Positions 63,998 to 64,000 of a stretch of 64,000 nucleotides of DNA are shown piece by piece. Every line of letters begins with the position of its first letter. Positions within the stretch are counted from its first letter, which is position 1. Source of the stretch: Bryobacterales bacterium (GTDB lineage: Bacteria > Acidobacteriota > Terriglobia > Bryobacterales > Bryobacteraceae); NCBI GenBank assembly GCA_963843255.1, contig CAWJJQ010000002.1, positions 78,000 to 141,999 of the forward strand, given 5' to 3'. Under the pieces are notes generated by a model, which was given only the letters and a program-made list of their open reading frames with translations, did no database searches and was not told where the DNA came from. Made by a program: the position numbers and the translations under genes.

Positions 63998-64000
63998 GGT

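Noticed and set aside
1-64000. Search for CRISPR arrays, tRNA/rRNA genes, IS elements, integrases and prophage genes
   Set aside because: By eye I found no regularly spaced direct repeats, no cloverleaf-capable conserved tRNA boxes in the intergenic spacers, and no transposase or integrase-like ORFs. This does not replace tRNAscan, Infernal or ISfinder runs.

Overview
GC-rich bacterial chromosomal window. The gene content looks like Acidobacteriota: ADOP-type duplicated MacB/FtsX permeases, a PadR-linked membrane protein, a Ser/Thr kinase fused to a TolB-like propeller, and Tat-signal Gfo/Idh/MocA and TIM-barrel enzymes. The taxon call is inference only. All family calls come from motif recognition by eye, since no searches were possible.

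Layout:
- 1-11.4 kb: flagellar block motB | fliW-csrA-flagellin | fliD-orf | flgB-flgC-fliE-fliF-fliG-fliH-fliI-fliJ. It has two sigma54-type promoters and one sigmaD/sigma28-type promoter, plus CsrA-site-like GGA elements in the flagellin leader.
- 11.5-14.6 kb: two Cys-free, signal-less, low-complexity proteins on the opposite strand, a PilZ protein and a hypothetical.
- 14.7-24.8 kb: one long minus-strand run. It holds a propeller-type histidine kinase, a LuxR-type regulator, a glutamic-peptidase(G1)-like/tectonin fusion, a secreted protein, an ATP-grasp enzyme, a PadR module and an MBL hydrolase.
- 24.9-27.7 kb: VOC and AraC genes.
- 27.7-31.9 kb: a Tes/GDGT-MAS-like radical SAM enzyme divergent from a short SecA paralog.
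- 32-64 kb: mostly housekeeping or ordinary genes (DinB, SDR, Rrf2-clpP, HugZ-like, SIMPL, ankyrin lipoprotein, purF-purL-purQ, kinase, SpeE-like membrane fusion, fused E1 dehydrogenase, TPR plus heptaheme cytochrome, oxidoreductases, two ADOP permeases, FabI-like, GNAT, pentapeptide, hisS).

Five genes (fliF, fliJ, a VOC gene, an AraC gene, hisS) are each split by an apparent single-nucleotide frame change. Because hisS is normally essential, assembly indels are the leading explanation. No rRNA, tRNA, CRISPR array, transposase or integrase was recognised.

The most interesting candidates are the Tes-like radical SAM with the short SecA locus, the identically spaced sigma54 promoters that abut their start codons, the FliW-CsrA-flagellin module with a second GGA-rich leader, and the G1-peptidase/tectonin/ATP-grasp operon.
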